Shown here piece by piece: positions 20,425 to 32,263 of a stretch of DNA of 64,000 bases. Position numbers and translations under genes: made by a program. The DNA is taken from contig AP039690.1 of NCBI GenBank assembly GCA_051599415.1, forward strand, positions 248,001 to 312,000. Reading direction: 5' to 3'. Under the pieces are notes generated by a model, which saw nothing but the letters and a program-made list of their open reading frames with translations, did no database searches and had not been told where the DNA came from. Each line of letters begins with the position of its first letter. Position 1 is the stretch's first letter. This stretch comes from Savitreella phatthalungensis (taxonomy: Eukaryota).

Positions 20425-23121
20425 TTATGTAAGCTCGACTGTTCGCACGTGAGAGAAGCTCCGAGAGCTGTTGCCGACGTTGAAGGTGTACTGGCCACTG
20501 AGGAAGACCCAATTCTGAACGGCTGGATCCCAGGCAGATAAATCACGACGCGTTGTACCGAATTTGACCTGAGCCGAAGTCCCAGGTGCGAGGAAAACCT
20601 TTTCGAAGCCTCGCAAATGATATGGCGCAGATGACAATGTTGTGGAGTTTGGGAAACCTAGATAGAGTTGTACAACTTCAGCTCCTGACCGCGCTCCTGT
20701 GTTGGTCACACTGCAGGTGGTCTCAAAAAGTACATCATACAAAGACGGATTGCCACCTGGTCCGCCGCCAGCCGGACTCAGCGGCAACGAAGGTGTACCT
20801 TGATAAGGGTACGGATATGACTCTCTCGGCTGCGCTTGTTGAGTGCTGTTAAGATAGGGATATATCCATTGACTTATGATGGGCTGTCCCGACGGCGCCA
20901 GCGCCTGCGAGGCAGAGAGGTTTGCAGGCGGAATGCTTGGCGGCGTTCCGGTTGGATAGGCGGAACGTGGGGAATATGAAGCATTTGATACCATCTGTGT
21001 GGTGCAATTGGCGATAGCGAAGGTGGTGTACGACAAACCATAACCAAAGGCATATCGCGGAGTAATGTTGTTGAGATCAAAATGCTTGTAGTCGATCCAA
21101 TGCGACAGATTCTGCGCGGGTCGTGCATTTTGAGGACGATACAGGATCCCAGGACCATAGTCACTAAGGTTTCTGCCAATCGTGAATGTAAGTTTGCCGG
21201 ACGGGTTGTAGCCGCCGTAGAGAACGTCGGCAAGGGCTTGGCCGGCCTCTTGACCACCAAGACCTGCCCAAACAACAGCTGTGACATTCGGATTATCAAC
21301 CCATTGCTCCAGCGAGATTGCGCCAACGGAATATACAACGACGACCGTGTCGTTACATTTACTTGTCACATTGCGCACAAGACGATCGCCATCGTGCCAG
21401 GCTGTGTAGTTCTTGCGATCACCGTAGTTGCCATCCACGCTTATGTATCCTTCACCGGAGTCCGCGCTAATAAAGACGACAGACTTGGTAGCACTTGAGG
21501 CAGCCTGAGCGATAGCATCAGCGTCATAGGTATTTGAGACGTCGTAGAAGAGGGAACCCTGGCTCAAGGCATACCGTTGAAGGGCAGAATCAGCACCGAT
21601 CTGGTACGGGTAGTTTGATGTTCCTGATCCCCAGCCAGAACCCAGGATTCCATCATCACATCCACGATCGGGACAGCCGTTGGCGCCCAAGGGATTCACC
21701 ACGCTCGTCTGACCAAAGATCGTTAACCGACGTGTGTATCCAAGCGGCAGTGAGTTGACAGTATTCTTGAGCAGAATAATCGATTCGAGAGCAGAACGGT
21801 ATGCGATTGTGCCATGTGTGGAGCGCACATCGACGTGCTCATTCACCACTACCGGAGGACCGTCGGGATACAGGGAGCCCACGGTGTCGAGCGTCCATGC
21901 ACTGAAGCTGGTCTTAGGGTAATTGATGTTCTGCTTGAGGCGGTAGTAAGGCGCGAGAATGCGGATGGCCATGTCATTCAAGCGCTCTTCCGATATAGTG
22001 CCGTTGATGACCGCAGCTGTGAGATTGCTGCCAAAGTAAGAATCGCCGCTTCGAAATGATTGATCTCCGGGCATTGTCATGTCCAGGCCAGCGAGTACGG
22101 CGGCGACGCCGGCGTGTGTAGCGGCCCAGTCACTCATCACATATCCTTGAAAGCCGAGTTCGTCTTTCAAAAGGCCATTGAGCGTTTTCGAGTTTGCACA
22201 ACCGTAACTGCCGTTGATCTGCTGATACGAGCACATGACGGACGAGACGCCTGCTCGTACAGCGTCCGCAAATGGCCAGAGATAGGTCTCGTGCATAGCT
22301 CGATCTGAGACATAGGCATCGATGGACTCATTGAACTTTGGTTGCGGACCATATGTCTCGGAGGCCTGACGGAAGTGTTCCTGCTCGTTGCCGATGTAGT
22401 GCTTGACGCAGGATTGAAGACCAGCAGCCTGTTGCCCGAGAATTGTCTCGGAAACGCCCTGCCCAGCCAGGTAACTGTCCGGGGAATAGCCTTCCCATCC
22501 TCGACCGCCAAGAGGGAAGGTACCAAGAGGTCCGACAACTGGTCCGAGCTGGACATGTGCGCCTTTGCTTCTGAACTCCTCGCCCATCGCACGACCGTGC
22601 GCCCTGATGAGAGTGCGATCCCACGATTTGGCGACCTGCGACAGCGGTGGGAAGACGGTATTGCCATCTGTAGCACGTATACCGAGCGGCGAGTCCATCA
22701 AGCAATAACCTGTAAAATTGGGCCCGGCGAGTCCAGTTTGGCCTAAGCATTTTCCATTGTTCCAGCCTATGCCTGTGGTCAGATTGACCTTCTGTAATGT
22801 ATCAAGAGTGGCGACGTAAGCGGCAGCCTGTTGATAAGCAATCGTCCAAGCCCCGTCAAGAGTCACGCCCTCGCCTGTGCCCCGCGGGCTCGGATAGAAT
22901 GGAGGGCTTGGCGCATAGAATGGCGCGGGCCCAGACGTTTCGTACCCGGGAGTGCTGCTCGTGCTGGTGATGCTTGACGTAGACAGCCGTGGGCATGCCT
23001 GACTTATAGTAAGCGGGTCTGTCGAAGGAGCAGATGGTCCATCCGAGGCCACTGCCGATGGAGACGGTACCTGAGCGGTCGATCCGGCTAGTAGACCAGA
23101 AACAAGGAGTGCCACCTGCAT
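20425..23121 (-). CDS. Secreted GH3 beta-glucosidase
   Basis: Signal peptide MQVALLVSGLLAG; GGRGWEG, KHYIGNEQE, SVMCSY, VMSDW (nucleophile), GWGSG, ADSGEGY, FGYGLSYT and an Fn3-like C-terminus. Confidence 0.95.
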   Translation of the reverse strand: MQVALLVSGLLAGSTAQVPSPSAVASDGPSAPSTDPLTISQACPRLSTSSITSTSSTPGYETSGPAPFYAPSPPFYPSPRGTGEGVTLDGAWTIAYQQAAAYVATLDTLQKVNLTTGIGWNNGKCLGQTGLAGPNFTGYCLMDSPLGIRATDGNTVFPPLSQVAKSWDRTLIRAHGRAMGEEFRSKGAHVQLGPVVGPLGTFPLGGRGWEGYSPDSYLAGQGVSETILGQQAAGLQSCVKHYIGNEQEHFRQASETYGPQPKFNESIDAYVSDRAMHETYLWPFADAVRAGVSSVMCSYQQINGSYGCANSKTLNGLLKDELGFQGYVMSDWAATHAGVAAVLAGLDMTMPGDQSFRSGDSYFGSNLTAAVINGTISEERLNDMAIRILAPYYRLKQNINYPKTSFSAWTLDTVGSLYPDGPPVVVNEHVDVRSTHGTIAYRSALESIILLKNTVNSLPLGYTRRLTIFGQTSVVNPLGANGCPDRGCDDGILGSGWGSGTSNYPYQIGADSALQRYALSQGSLFYDVSNTYDADAIAQAASSATKSVVFISADSGEGYISVDGNYGDRKNYTAWHDGDRLVRNVTSKCNDTVVVVYSVGAISLEQWVDNPNVTAVVWAGLGGQEAGQALADVLYGGYNPSGKLTFTIGRNLSDYGPGILYRPQNARPAQNLSHWIDYKHFDLNNITPRYAFGYGLSYTTFAIANCTTQMVSNASYSPRSAYPTGTPPSIPPANLSASQALAPSGQPIISQWIYPYLNSTQQAQPRESYPYPYQGTPSLPLSPAGGGPGGNPSLYDVLFETTCSVTNTGARSGAEVVQLYLGFPNSTTLSSAPYHLRGFEKVFLAPGTSAQVKFGTTRRDLSAWDPAVQNWVFLSGQYTFNVGNSSRSFSHVRTVELT

Positions 23122-24055
23122 GGAGAGATAATTCACGTCTCTCACTTTACGTCCGTGATGTCAGGCTGACATGTACTTTATATATGGCCAGCAGGTCGGC
23201 GGTTGAGCAGCGTGGGCAGCCCTCGTGGATGCGTGGGAGAGAGCGAATGAGTCTGATTTCCAGACACAGATCTGCTACAGACACTTTGAAAGACCAACGT
23301 TGCTTAAGGACGGTCTATTCTGCAGTATTGCGTAATTGGAAGTCTCGGGATGGGTTCAGCGCTAGCTAAGGGCTGCTGAATTTATCCCGCTGGAGGACAA
23401 ACATTCATTTAATTACACCCGCATCGACCAAACATGATCGAAGTCTACATCGTCAGCCCGCATGGTTATTTAGAGCGAATGCATGCACACGCAAATCCGA
23501 CGCTGCAGTGTATACTTTCGAGCACAAATAAGACCCATCGGTGATATGTCTGAAATGTCCTTCATGATCGCTGCTCATACAGCGAGTATTTCACCCGGAC
23601 AGCAATCCTGCTGTTGTCAATCTGAAGAACAAGGATCATCCGACCAGAACAATGAGGCTCATTCAGTTCAAGATCTGATCTGACCATACGAAAATAAATC
23701 AGAAGAAAAGAGAATACACCGAAGAGCCCATACCTGTGACATATGTCGATCTGCAATGAGGGCGTGCGGTGAAGGTCAGGTGCCGAAGCCCGCTGCGATC
23801 GACATACAGCTTGCCACATTAAGCTTGTCTTTTGCCAGTCGTGGAAGAAAAGCTGGACCCTGCCAAAAAGCCTCCTAATTGAGATATATCGCACTTGAGA
23901 TATACATACATTGATCTATTTGCCAATGAATTGTGTCAAGCAATTGGAGTGCGGAGCGTGCATTGGTAAAAAGTGTGGAGCATTCAGGCTAAATGTGCCT
24001 AGGTGCTCGGAGATTTCTCCTGCCTGCCGAAGGTCTAGAAGAACGGGTCGACGTT

Positions 24056-25319
24056 TCATGGTTCCATAGACGACTGTCCAGGTGCTCGATTTGTAGACAG
24101 AAGCGATTTATACGCGATATCGTCCTGGTCCTGAGCGATCCATGGCCGCACGTCAGAAGGATTCTCTGTGGCCGCTGGCGCTGCAGACGCGGAGTTGTTG
24201 CGAAGTGCGACATAGAGACAGCTGCACAAGATTAGCACCATACCAAGAATTGAGATCAGATCTGGAGTCGTTCCAAAGACTACTCGCTCCCAAAATAGCG
24301 AGAAAATGAGCTGAAGGTAGATAGCAGTCGTGCCGCGCCCAGCCTTCTCCCTTTGCAATCCCATGGTCAGGAGAAATTGCGCCACGAACCCACACACTCC
24401 AAGCGCTAGCAAATAAGCGAAATAGATACCTTCGGGAAGGATGATCTTTTGTCGTGTGACGATGAGCCCGATCGCTGCGTATATGCAACTGAAGAGTGAA
24501 AAAACTGTTCAGCGAGTCAGTTGCTGATCAATTGTGCTTGGTAGACAATCACCCACTGGAGACCGAGATGAGAGGGTGTGCACGCTTGCCAATGAAGCGG
24601 ATGGTTACATATGCACAGGATGCACCGACGACACCTATCAGCGAGACGACAACAGCCCGTAGTCGCTGTGCGGCAGTCGGCGTCCACGGGTTTGCGAGGC
24701 GCTCCTGTGCGAAATTCTCCGCTTCAAGTTGTCGATCGAAGGGTCTAGCGATGCAGACGACTCCTGCCAACGCGATCAGACCTGCTACTACTTCGCGCAA
24801 CGCGAAGGTCTCGCCAAGTGCCACGAAGCCGAGGAAAAGTGTGCAGAACGGGACCAGAAAAGTGAGAACCGTCGCCACAGATAAGCTCAGGTATTGCAAC
24901 GAATAATACAGCGAGAAGAGTCCGACAAAGCCAACGGATCCTCGAAGCACAAGGAGCCAGCGAACCTCTCGTGGGCCGAGCAACCAATCTTGTACTCCGG
25001 TGGACGTCATGTATATGACAGCGAAAATGTAAGTGAGTGCCATGCGAGCGAAAATGAGCTGAAAGGTGGACACAGGTGGCACGGGAGGTGGAGGATTTGC
25101 GAGCAATTTCGTGAAGACATTCATGATAGCAAAAAAGGCTTGAGCCAGTGCAATGAGCAAGAGTCCTGCATTGTTCCGAAGCATGTTGACAAGCTCCGCG
25201 TTGCGATTCACTGTCCTTCCGCCAAGCTCATCGACGTTTTCTGAAGCCCTGTACGAATCAGAATGGTAGTCGAACGGGACCAGCACAATGAGCTGGTTCA
25301 ACGCTCGAGCATTTGCCAT
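24056..25319 (-). CDS. EamA/DMT-family membrane transporter (one intron, 24505-24556; start uncertain)
   Basis: LRGSVGF, ATVLTFLVP, GVVCIARP, IRFIGKRAHPLISV and QFLLTMGLQREKAGR. A 52-nt GTGGGT...CTGAC...AACAG intron joins the two ORF-track pieces in frame. Confidence 0.88.
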
Positions 25320-25747
25320 CTTCTCCAAGCACTGATTGTCGATCCATATACAGTGATGACGCCGACAGAAGTGAAAGGGCTATCTTAGATGATATGTCCT
25401 GTGAACGCATCCTGCAACGTCCGCCGAGCTTTGAAGTGCGCAAGACTACCAATCTGGCAGTGCTCGCTTTTCTAGTCCTGGCCTGGTAGGCCTTGCTAAA
25501 TTCCACGTTCGATCAAATCGAAATTTTCACTCTCATGGCCGCCGGCGAAACCAGCTCGCTTTGAGTACTTTTCGGAAATTGAACAATCGATGGATATGGT
25601 GGGTATGTGCGTCAATCAGGTAGATTGCATCATTAATGTGACGCCTGGTTGGGAACACATCGTCGACCAGTTTTCGCCGTTTTCACGATTTGCACGGCGA
25701 TTTGTCGAGCTTATCTGGCGATCGAGTCCACTGAGTGGCGTGTCAGC

Positions 25748-26695
25748 ATGGACTATCATGTGGTTGAGTTGCTGCACGATCGTCTGCTCTTTTATTGCCG
25801 TGCAACGGCCTGGCTTACTTGCTCCTCCGTTGCTACTACCATAAGCTGCGGCTTCCTGTTGACCTCGGCACTGCTGAGACCCTTTTCTAGGCGGCTTGCT
25901 TTTTACTACAACTGTGCAATTGCAGAAGTCTTGTGGTCGTTGATCCAGCGAATATTCGCTGATGTCCATCATGCAGTCGTCACTGTTTCCGGCGATCATC
26001 TTCCAGAACAAGAAGGTGCCATTGTGATCGCAAACCACACAAGCTATTCGGACTTTTACCTAGTGCATGCTCTGGCAGGGCATGCCGGAATGCTCGGCCG
26101 GTGTCGATACTTTGCGAAAAATGCACTCCGTTACGTGCCAATTCTAGGTTGGGCGATGCTCCTCTGCGACATGATCATGGTGCGGCGCAACTGGCAAACC
26201 GACAGGAGGCAGATGGACAAGATGTTTGACGGCATCCGGAAGTACAAATTGTCGATGTGGCTTATCACCTATGTCGAGGGTACACGATTTACGAAGCGCA
26301 AAGCAGGTCAGAGTCAGGCATGGGCACGTGCTACCGGCAGGAAGGAATTAGAACATTGCTTGTCTCCCCGACATCGCGGATTTGCCATGACTGTCAAAGC
26401 ATTACGCGACTCGCACATCAACTACGTTTACGATCTGACATTGGCCTATCGCGATCGAAAGGGTCGCATCCAGCATGCACCGACACCGATCGAGACGCAC
26501 GGGTACGGTCGAATATCGGATATGTTTCAGTTCCACGTTCATGTCCGCCGTTATGCGTTAGACACGATCCCGGCGGGCGAAGATGGCGCACGCGAGTGGC
26601 TGGAAGAAAGGTGGTCGGAAAAGGACAAGCTTTTAGATGGTCTAGCTCGTGAATGGCTCAAACTGCCCGGACTTGGTCCAATTCGCATGCTTTGA
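25748..26695 (+). CDS. PlsC-family lysophospholipid acyltransferase
   Basis: IANHTSYSD (NHX4D), YFAKNALRYVPILGW, YVEGTRF and YDLTLAY. Confidence 0.88.
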   Translation: MDYHVVELLHDRLLFYCRATAWLTCSSVATTISCGFLLTSALLRPFSRRLAFYYNCAIAEVLWSLIQRIFADVHHAVVTVSGDHLPEQEGAIVIANHTSYSDFYLVHALAGHAGMLGRCRYFAKNALRYVPILGWAMLLCDMIMVRRNWQTDRRQMDKMFDGIRKYKLSMWLITYVEGTRFTKRKAGQSQAWARATGRKELEHCLSPRHRGFAMTVKALRDSHINYVYDLTLAYRDRKGRIQHAPTPIETHGYGRISDMFQFHVHVRRYALDTIPAGEDGAREWLEERWSEKDKLLDGLAREWLKLPGLGPIRML

Positions 26696-27196
26696 TGGTA
26701 CGATGTGCTTAAATGAATGCTCGGCAATGAGAAGGTATACTATAAAAATGACTCCACACAAGGATCGTGTCGAAAGATGACCCTTCGTCCGGTCTGCGTG
26801 CATACATGTGCATACATGGATATAGTCAATTTAAATGCAACACGACTGAAATTTCAGAGGCATTCCAGAGAGTCCCCAATCAAAACAAAATCTCTCGTCA
26901 AACGAGGCCGCAGTGAGTGCCTTTTGACGAACGACACGGACCGACAGAAGATCATTGACTCGGGCAGACCTGCGCGGAGAAAGCGTCTAAGCATTGATGC
27001 AAGCTGACACGATCATATGACCTTGAAGATTATGCGCGCGATTGTCTGATCGCGACTCTCATCCTCGCCTGATCGCCTACAAGTCCTATCAGTGGCTAGC
27101 TGACGGCGGTCAGCTCCGACTTGCGCTCGGAATTACGCACCGCAATTGATAGACTGCTTCCAAGTCCCTTCATTCGTTCCTTTACTCGTTTCAAGG

Positions 27197-30100
27197 ATGG
27201 TAGATGCTGGCCAATCTACTGCTCTAAAGGCAAATACAGTCGGCGGGCCTGCGACGAGACTTCATGAGGAGCGACCCAGACATTTTTGTCGCAAATGCTC
27301 AGAGCCTATCTCAGGACAGTTTGTTAGAGCACTCGGTGCGACCTTTCACATTGCCTGCTTTTCGTGTCGCACTTGCGGCTGCAATGTCGCTTCCAAGTTC
27401 TTCCCTGTCGACGATCCAGATCTGCCCGGCGAACAATATGCGCTTTGCGAAACTCACTATTTTGGTCGTCTTGACCTTCTGTGTCACAAATGTGGAGCAG
27501 CTCTCAGAGGCAGCTACATAACGGCGCTTGAGCGCAAGTACCACATCGAGCATTTTACCTGCAGTATCTGTCCTACTGTCTTCGGCCCACAAGATTCGTA
27601 CTACGAGCACGACGGAGAGGTCTACTGCCACTATCATTTCTCCCTCCGTTATGCACAGAAGTGTTGCGGATGTCAGAATTCAATCCTCAAACAATTTGTT
27701 GATATCACCCGGAATGGGCAGAATCAGCACTGGCACCCTGAGTGCTACATGATCCAAAAGTTCTGGAATGTCAAAATAGCTTTACGAGAGGCGCATGCAA
27801 GAGTCTCGTCTCCGCCTGACTTGCACGACGCCGCTGCAGCGCAGCCGGGTGACATCTCGGACACACTCAATGCAAAAGATCTCCGGCGTCAGGAAGATGT
27901 TACAGAGGCAAAGGTCAGTCGCATATGGAACGTCCTTTCTTCCTTTGAGGAATCTTCTGCATCCTGTATCAGCGACATGCTGCTCAACGTCTCGAACGGC
28001 GCATACATTGACGGGGTCCTCGCAGCCGTCAAGTTCATTGCGCATGTCGAGGTACTCTTCGCTGCACTGGACCAATTGGAAATTGCGATAGCACAGACAA
28101 CCAGCAATAAGCCAATATTCTATGGACGAGAGGCTCGCATGCTGTGTAAGAAGATCATTTCCTTCTTTTCGCTCTTGTCAAAAACGCAGGAAGTCGGTGT
28201 CCGGAAGCTTGGCGTCACGCAGGAGCTTCTCTCTCTTGTCACGGCTTTGGCTCACTATCTGAAGCTGTTGATACGTGTATCGCTCAATGCTAGCCTCAGG
28301 CTAGAGCGCGAGGATTTGCGGACTTCCGTACTCGAGGAATATCTGGACAAGCTTGGTGGCTTGGATCTGGATCCTAACAAGCATCCTTTACCACCAATCG
28401 ATTCTCCCGTGAGACATGGGCGGCATACTCCTGGTTCGCTCTCACCTGAGGATCATTGTGCCGCGTGCTCAAAGCTGATCGAAGACGCATGCATGCGGTA
28501 TGGCAATCATCGAATGCACATGCATTGCCTCTCGTGCCGATCTTGTCGTCGAGACCTGTCTCGTGGGCCAGAACAGGCACGCTTCGACCGAGCCACCTCG
28601 AGCGTAATATGCTCTAGCTGTGCAAACTCTGGCCCGAATCAATCTAGCCTTGCACTAGAAAGAGTGTCACAGCTCTCACAGTATGTCTTCCTACTTCGGA
28701 TGGCCCTACGCCGCTTACACGACAATCTGCGCCGAGGCACAACGTCATTGCAACCACAGACAGATCCCGACCAGGAGCTTCGCAAGCGACATCCAGCTAT
28801 GAGGGAGCCTGGTTCAGGTCGTGCGGGCTCTGAGACACTGCATCACTCCAGCGACACTTCAATGGACTATGCCAGCACGTTGAACAGCATTCGTCGTGCT
28901 CGTTCCACAAATCTACCCGAGACTGCCGAGCCAGCCCAACGACCGCGTCGCTCCCGAATATTGAATGGGCCTGATGCAGACACGGCGCCTGAGCAGTTGG
29001 GCAAGCGCGGTGTCACAGCTGAGCCACTCATCGTCGAAGACGAAACATCCCCTGTCTGCCTGGATCAGGGCCGCGACGATTCACTAAAACAGGCAGGTCA
29101 GCGCTCCATAACGTTCGATGACCTCAACAAGTTCGTTGTTGTTGAGCAAAGCAAACAACGCCGTCCGCTGTCTCTTTGGCGGAGAACCAGGAGCAAATCG
29201 TCACTGAGGGACAAGGACCCCAATCATGCACAGCTTGCTAGTGTGCCTGAGGATGCGGCGAATGTGCATGCAAACGCTAGCTCCACGAGCCATATCGGAG
29301 TGTCTCACCACGGGAACGACTCCGACACCCTGCTAACGTCACGTACGCGGACCTATTTTTCGGAGCTTTCTAACGCACAGCTTTTCATTATCCGTCATTT
29401 GGCGGTGATATCGCTCGAACCACTCGTGAGGGATGAGTTCAGCATGGAATACTTGCTAGAGCTTATTGAGACACGAAAAGGGGGCTTCTGGAATAAATTT
29501 AACAAAGCGTTCGCCAAGCCTGCCAGAGAAGACAAATCCAGACCGTCTCCTGGAACCAATGGAGCAATCAGTAAGAAGAAAGCAGTCTTCGGTACATCAC
29601 TAGAAATACTTTGCGAGCGTGCAGGCGCTGACTCGACTCAAGGTGTGGGTCCACAAGCTGTCAAGGTTCCTGCATTCTTAGATGACATCCTGCTTGCGAT
29701 GCGCGGCATGGATATGTCGGTCGAGGGCATATTTCGCAAGAACGGCAATATTCGCAAGCTGAAGGTTCTCACGGACACTATCGATCGCAATGGCGGGCAG
29801 GTGAATTTGACCGAGGAGAACCCGGTCCAGCTGGCCGCTCTCCTCAAGAGATTTCTCCGTGATCTTCCGGAGCCAATCATGACGCACAAACTCTTTCGCT
29901 TGTTCCTCGCTGCTCAGCGCGCGAAAGATGATGACACAAAGTGTCGCATCATTCATCTGACGTGTTGTTTGCTTCCTCAATCGCACAGGAACACACTGGA
30001 AATCCTGCTCGTCTTCCTGAATTGGGCTGCACAATTCGCTCAACTCGATGAAGAGGGCGGCAGTAAAATGGACGAGCACAATCTTGCCACCGTCATTGCT

Positions 30101-30439
30101 CCGAATGTTCTATACGCTCGCGGTCGGGAGATGGGAATGGAGGACAGCTTCGCCGCTATTGAAACGATGTTCTCTTTGATCCGCTTCTGTGAGGATTTCT
30201 GTTGTGTACCGGACGATCTGATGTCGATGGTGAACGATGCTAAATTATTCTCCAACCCAGGCGAGCTTACGACCAAGGACATCCTGAAGCGATGTGAAGA
30301 ACACCTCGGCAGTGCCTTAATGGTGAGGTTTCGCAACGACGGACGACATCTGGCGCCAAGTTGGATGAATGCAAACGAGATACATGCCGCCGTCGCGAGC
30401 AAGGAGACTGCTGCAAGCGGGATAGATAAGGACGGCTGA
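27197..30439 (+). CDS. LRG1: LIM-domain Rho GTPase-activating protein (Lrg1 / S. pombe Rga1 type)
   Basis: Tandem LIM domains (CRKC...HIACFSC, CHKC...HIEHFTC) and a RhoGAP domain with VEGIFRKNGN, LAALLKRFLRDLPEP and KMDEHNLATV. Confidence 0.92.
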   Translation: MVDAGQSTALKANTVGGPATRLHEERPRHFCRKCSEPISGQFVRALGATFHIACFSCRTCGCNVASKFFPVDDPDLPGEQYALCETHYFGRLDLLCHKCGAALRGSYITALERKYHIEHFTCSICPTVFGPQDSYYEHDGEVYCHYHFSLRYAQKCCGCQNSILKQFVDITRNGQNQHWHPECYMIQKFWNVKIALREAHARVSSPPDLHDAAAAQPGDISDTLNAKDLRRQEDVTEAKVSRIWNVLSSFEESSASCISDMLLNVSNGAYIDGVLAAVKFIAHVEVLFAALDQLEIAIAQTTSNKPIFYGREARMLCKKIISFFSLLSKTQEVGVRKLGVTQELLSLVTALAHYLKLLIRVSLNASLRLEREDLRTSVLEEYLDKLGGLDLDPNKHPLPPIDSPVRHGRHTPGSLSPEDHCAACSKLIEDACMRYGNHRMHMHCLSCRSCRRDLSRGPEQARFDRATSSVICSSCANSGPNQSSLALERVSQLSQYVFLLRMALRRLHDNLRRGTTSLQPQTDPDQELRKRHPAMREPGSGRAGSETLHHSSDTSMDYASTLNSIRRARSTNLPETAEPAQRPRRSRILNGPDADTAPEQLGKRGVTAEPLIVEDETSPVCLDQGRDDSLKQAGQRSITFDDLNKFVVVEQSKQRRPLSLWRRTRSKSSLRDKDPNHAQLASVPEDAANVHANASSTSHIGVSHHGNDSDTLLTSRTRTYFSELSNAQLFIIRHLAVISLEPLVRDEFSMEYLLELIETRKGGFWNKFNKAFAKPAREDKSRPSPGTNGAISKKKAVFGTSLEILCERAGADSTQGVGPQAVKVPAFLDDILLAMRGMDMSVEGIFRKNGNIRKLKVLTDTIDRNGGQVNLTEENPVQLAALLKRFLRDLPEPIMTHKLFRLFLAAQRAKDDDTKCRIIHLTCCLLPQSHRNTLEILLVFLNWAAQFAQLDEEGGSKMDEHNLATVIAPNVLYARGREMGMEDSFAAIETMFSLIRFCEDFCCVPDDLMSMVNDAKLFSNPGELTTKDILKRCEEHLGSALMVRFRNDGRHLAPSWMNANEIHAAVASKETAASGIDKDG

Positions 30440-30616
30440 AAGAACCCCAGCGACAACAGAAGATGGTCATGAGCATATGTCGCTAATACCAATCCTCACG
30501 GCATGCTTCTCGAAATTCATATGGTGTACCAATGATCATCAAGCCATTCGCTCGATAGCCATGAAATGAACGTGCATGTATGGTCTAATTGGAAATGTCA
30601 CTACGCTATTGGCGAA

Positions 30617-32263
30617 CTAGGCTACGTTGACGCGCGATTTCTCTTTGTTGTTCTTTAGCGAGTCGTCGTCCTCATTGAAGGAGCCATTGGCGCCGTACCT
30701 CATCTCATACTGGTCCTCACCGGAGAGCTCCTCGAGCGTTTTGCGCTTCGTTTCTGGGATGAGTAAGGTGAGGAAAATGCCTGCAAACATGAATACGGCA
30801 AAGATTTGCATGACGTGGTTCAGCCATGGAGAGGGGTTAGCAGCTGTTGGGTGGCCACGGGTTCTCAGTGGTCCAATGAGGACCTGAGCGATAATGGCAC
30901 CGATCTTGCCGGAAGCGGCTGAAATGCCGTGGGATGTCGAGCGATAGCGTGTCGGGAACACCTCACCAGGCACAATGAACGTCGTTGTGTTCGGACCGAA
31001 GTTCTGGAAGAAGTTTGCAAAGACATACAGCGCGAATTTGCCCTTGGTCGGGATTTTGTTGTAGCCGAACCCGAGGATGCAGAAGATCGCAGTGAGCAGG
31101 ATGAAGCCCATGAGCTGGATTGGCTTGCGGCCGATGGTGTCGATCGTCGCAACAGAGAACCAATAGCCGGGAATGAGACCAGCACATGAGAGGATAATAT
31201 TGCCCACGCCTTGATTGTACAATGTGTCATAAACATGCTTGTTAGCAGGCGCAGCGTATCCGATGGCATTGAGAATGATCGAGGTGTTGAGTCCGAGGCC
31301 ATAGAAGGCAACATCGAGCACGAACCATGATCCAGCGGCACCAAGAAGGACCTTGCCGTTCTTCCACTGGCTGTAATGGTGGAAGAAGTCGCGGAAAGAT
31401 GCCTTTGGTGGGGCGGTTGGATCACGCTCAGCACGCTGAGCCATGGCAACTTGAGCCTCGTCGGTCGTGAGGGAGGCACCACCGATCTTACCGGAGACGT
31501 ACTGAACCGCGTCCTTGGTCGCAGTCGTTTGATCGGCGTTGACATCGAGAGTGTAGCGAATGGTCTCTGGAATCGTCAATCGGAAATACAGCGCGAAGCA
31601 GGCGGGCACGGCACCAAACCCGTAAACAATGCGCCACGACTTGTCGAGCGCTACCTGGCAAGCCGCGTTGCACTTGGCGCCGCCAGACTCGATCGAGTTC
31701 TTAAAGCCAATCACGCAGACAAGGGAGACGATGCCTGCAGTGAGTTGACCCCAACCCTGGTTCGCGAAGACTGCAGCCATCATGGCTCCACGCCACTTGA
31801 CGGTTGCAAATTCGGAAGTAATGATTGCGGAAAGGGGGTAGTCACCGCCAACTCCAGTCCCGAGCAAGACTCGCCAGAAAATGAAGATGCCGACAATTTC
31901 GGTAGCCCGCCCTCCAGCTGTAAGAGATAGCCCGAGAGTCGCTCCGATGATGATCATCAATTCAATTCCATACATGCGCTTACGCCCGATGTGATCAGCC
32001 AGAAAGCCAAAGATGAGCTGTCCAAGAACTGTTCCAGCGGAGGTGGCAACCTTGATTGCTGTGTCGGCATTGCTTGGAATCTTGCCAGACGCATAGTAGG
32101 TGTAACCAATCATGATGTTGGCGAAGTTGACAGCAAAAATGTCGTACGCATCGGTGTAGAAGCCAATGCCGGCAACAACGATAGCGCGGACATGGTACCA
32201 CGAGAACGAGGCATTATCTACCGCTGCGAGAGCCTCGCGACGACGCTGTGCTAGACTAGCCAT
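30617..32263 (-). CDS. PHO84: High-affinity phosphate:H+ symporter (MFS)
   Basis: GFYTDAYDIF, GVGGDYPLSAIITSE, NFGPNTTTF and RYRSTSHGISAASGK. Confidence 0.95.
   Translation of the reverse strand: MASLAQRRREALAAVDNASFSWYHVRAIVVAGIGFYTDAYDIFAVNFANIMIGYTYYASGKIPSNADTAIKVATSAGTVLGQLIFGFLADHIGRKRMYGIELMIIIGATLGLSLTAGGRATEIVGIFIFWRVLLGTGVGGDYPLSAIITSEFATVKWRGAMMAAVFANQGWGQLTAGIVSLVCVIGFKNSIESGGAKCNAACQVALDKSWRIVYGFGAVPACFALYFRLTIPETIRYTLDVNADQTTATKDAVQYVSGKIGGASLTTDEAQVAMAQRAERDPTAPPKASFRDFFHHYSQWKNGKVLLGAAGSWFVLDVAFYGLGLNTSIILNAIGYAAPANKHVYDTLYNQGVGNIILSCAGLIPGYWFSVATIDTIGRKPIQLMGFILLTAIFCILGFGYNKIPTKGKFALYVFANFFQNFGPNTTTFIVPGEVFPTRYRSTSHGISAASGKIGAIIAQVLIGPLRTRGHPTAANPSPWLNHVMQIFAVFMFAGIFLTLLIPETKRKTLEELSGEDQYEMRYGANGSFNEDDDSLKNNKEKSRVNVA

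Noticed and set aside
25572..25583. TCGGAAATTGAA, matching the S. pombe Pho7 site consensus
   Set aside because: It is not near PHO84, and about two matches are expected by chance in a window this size.
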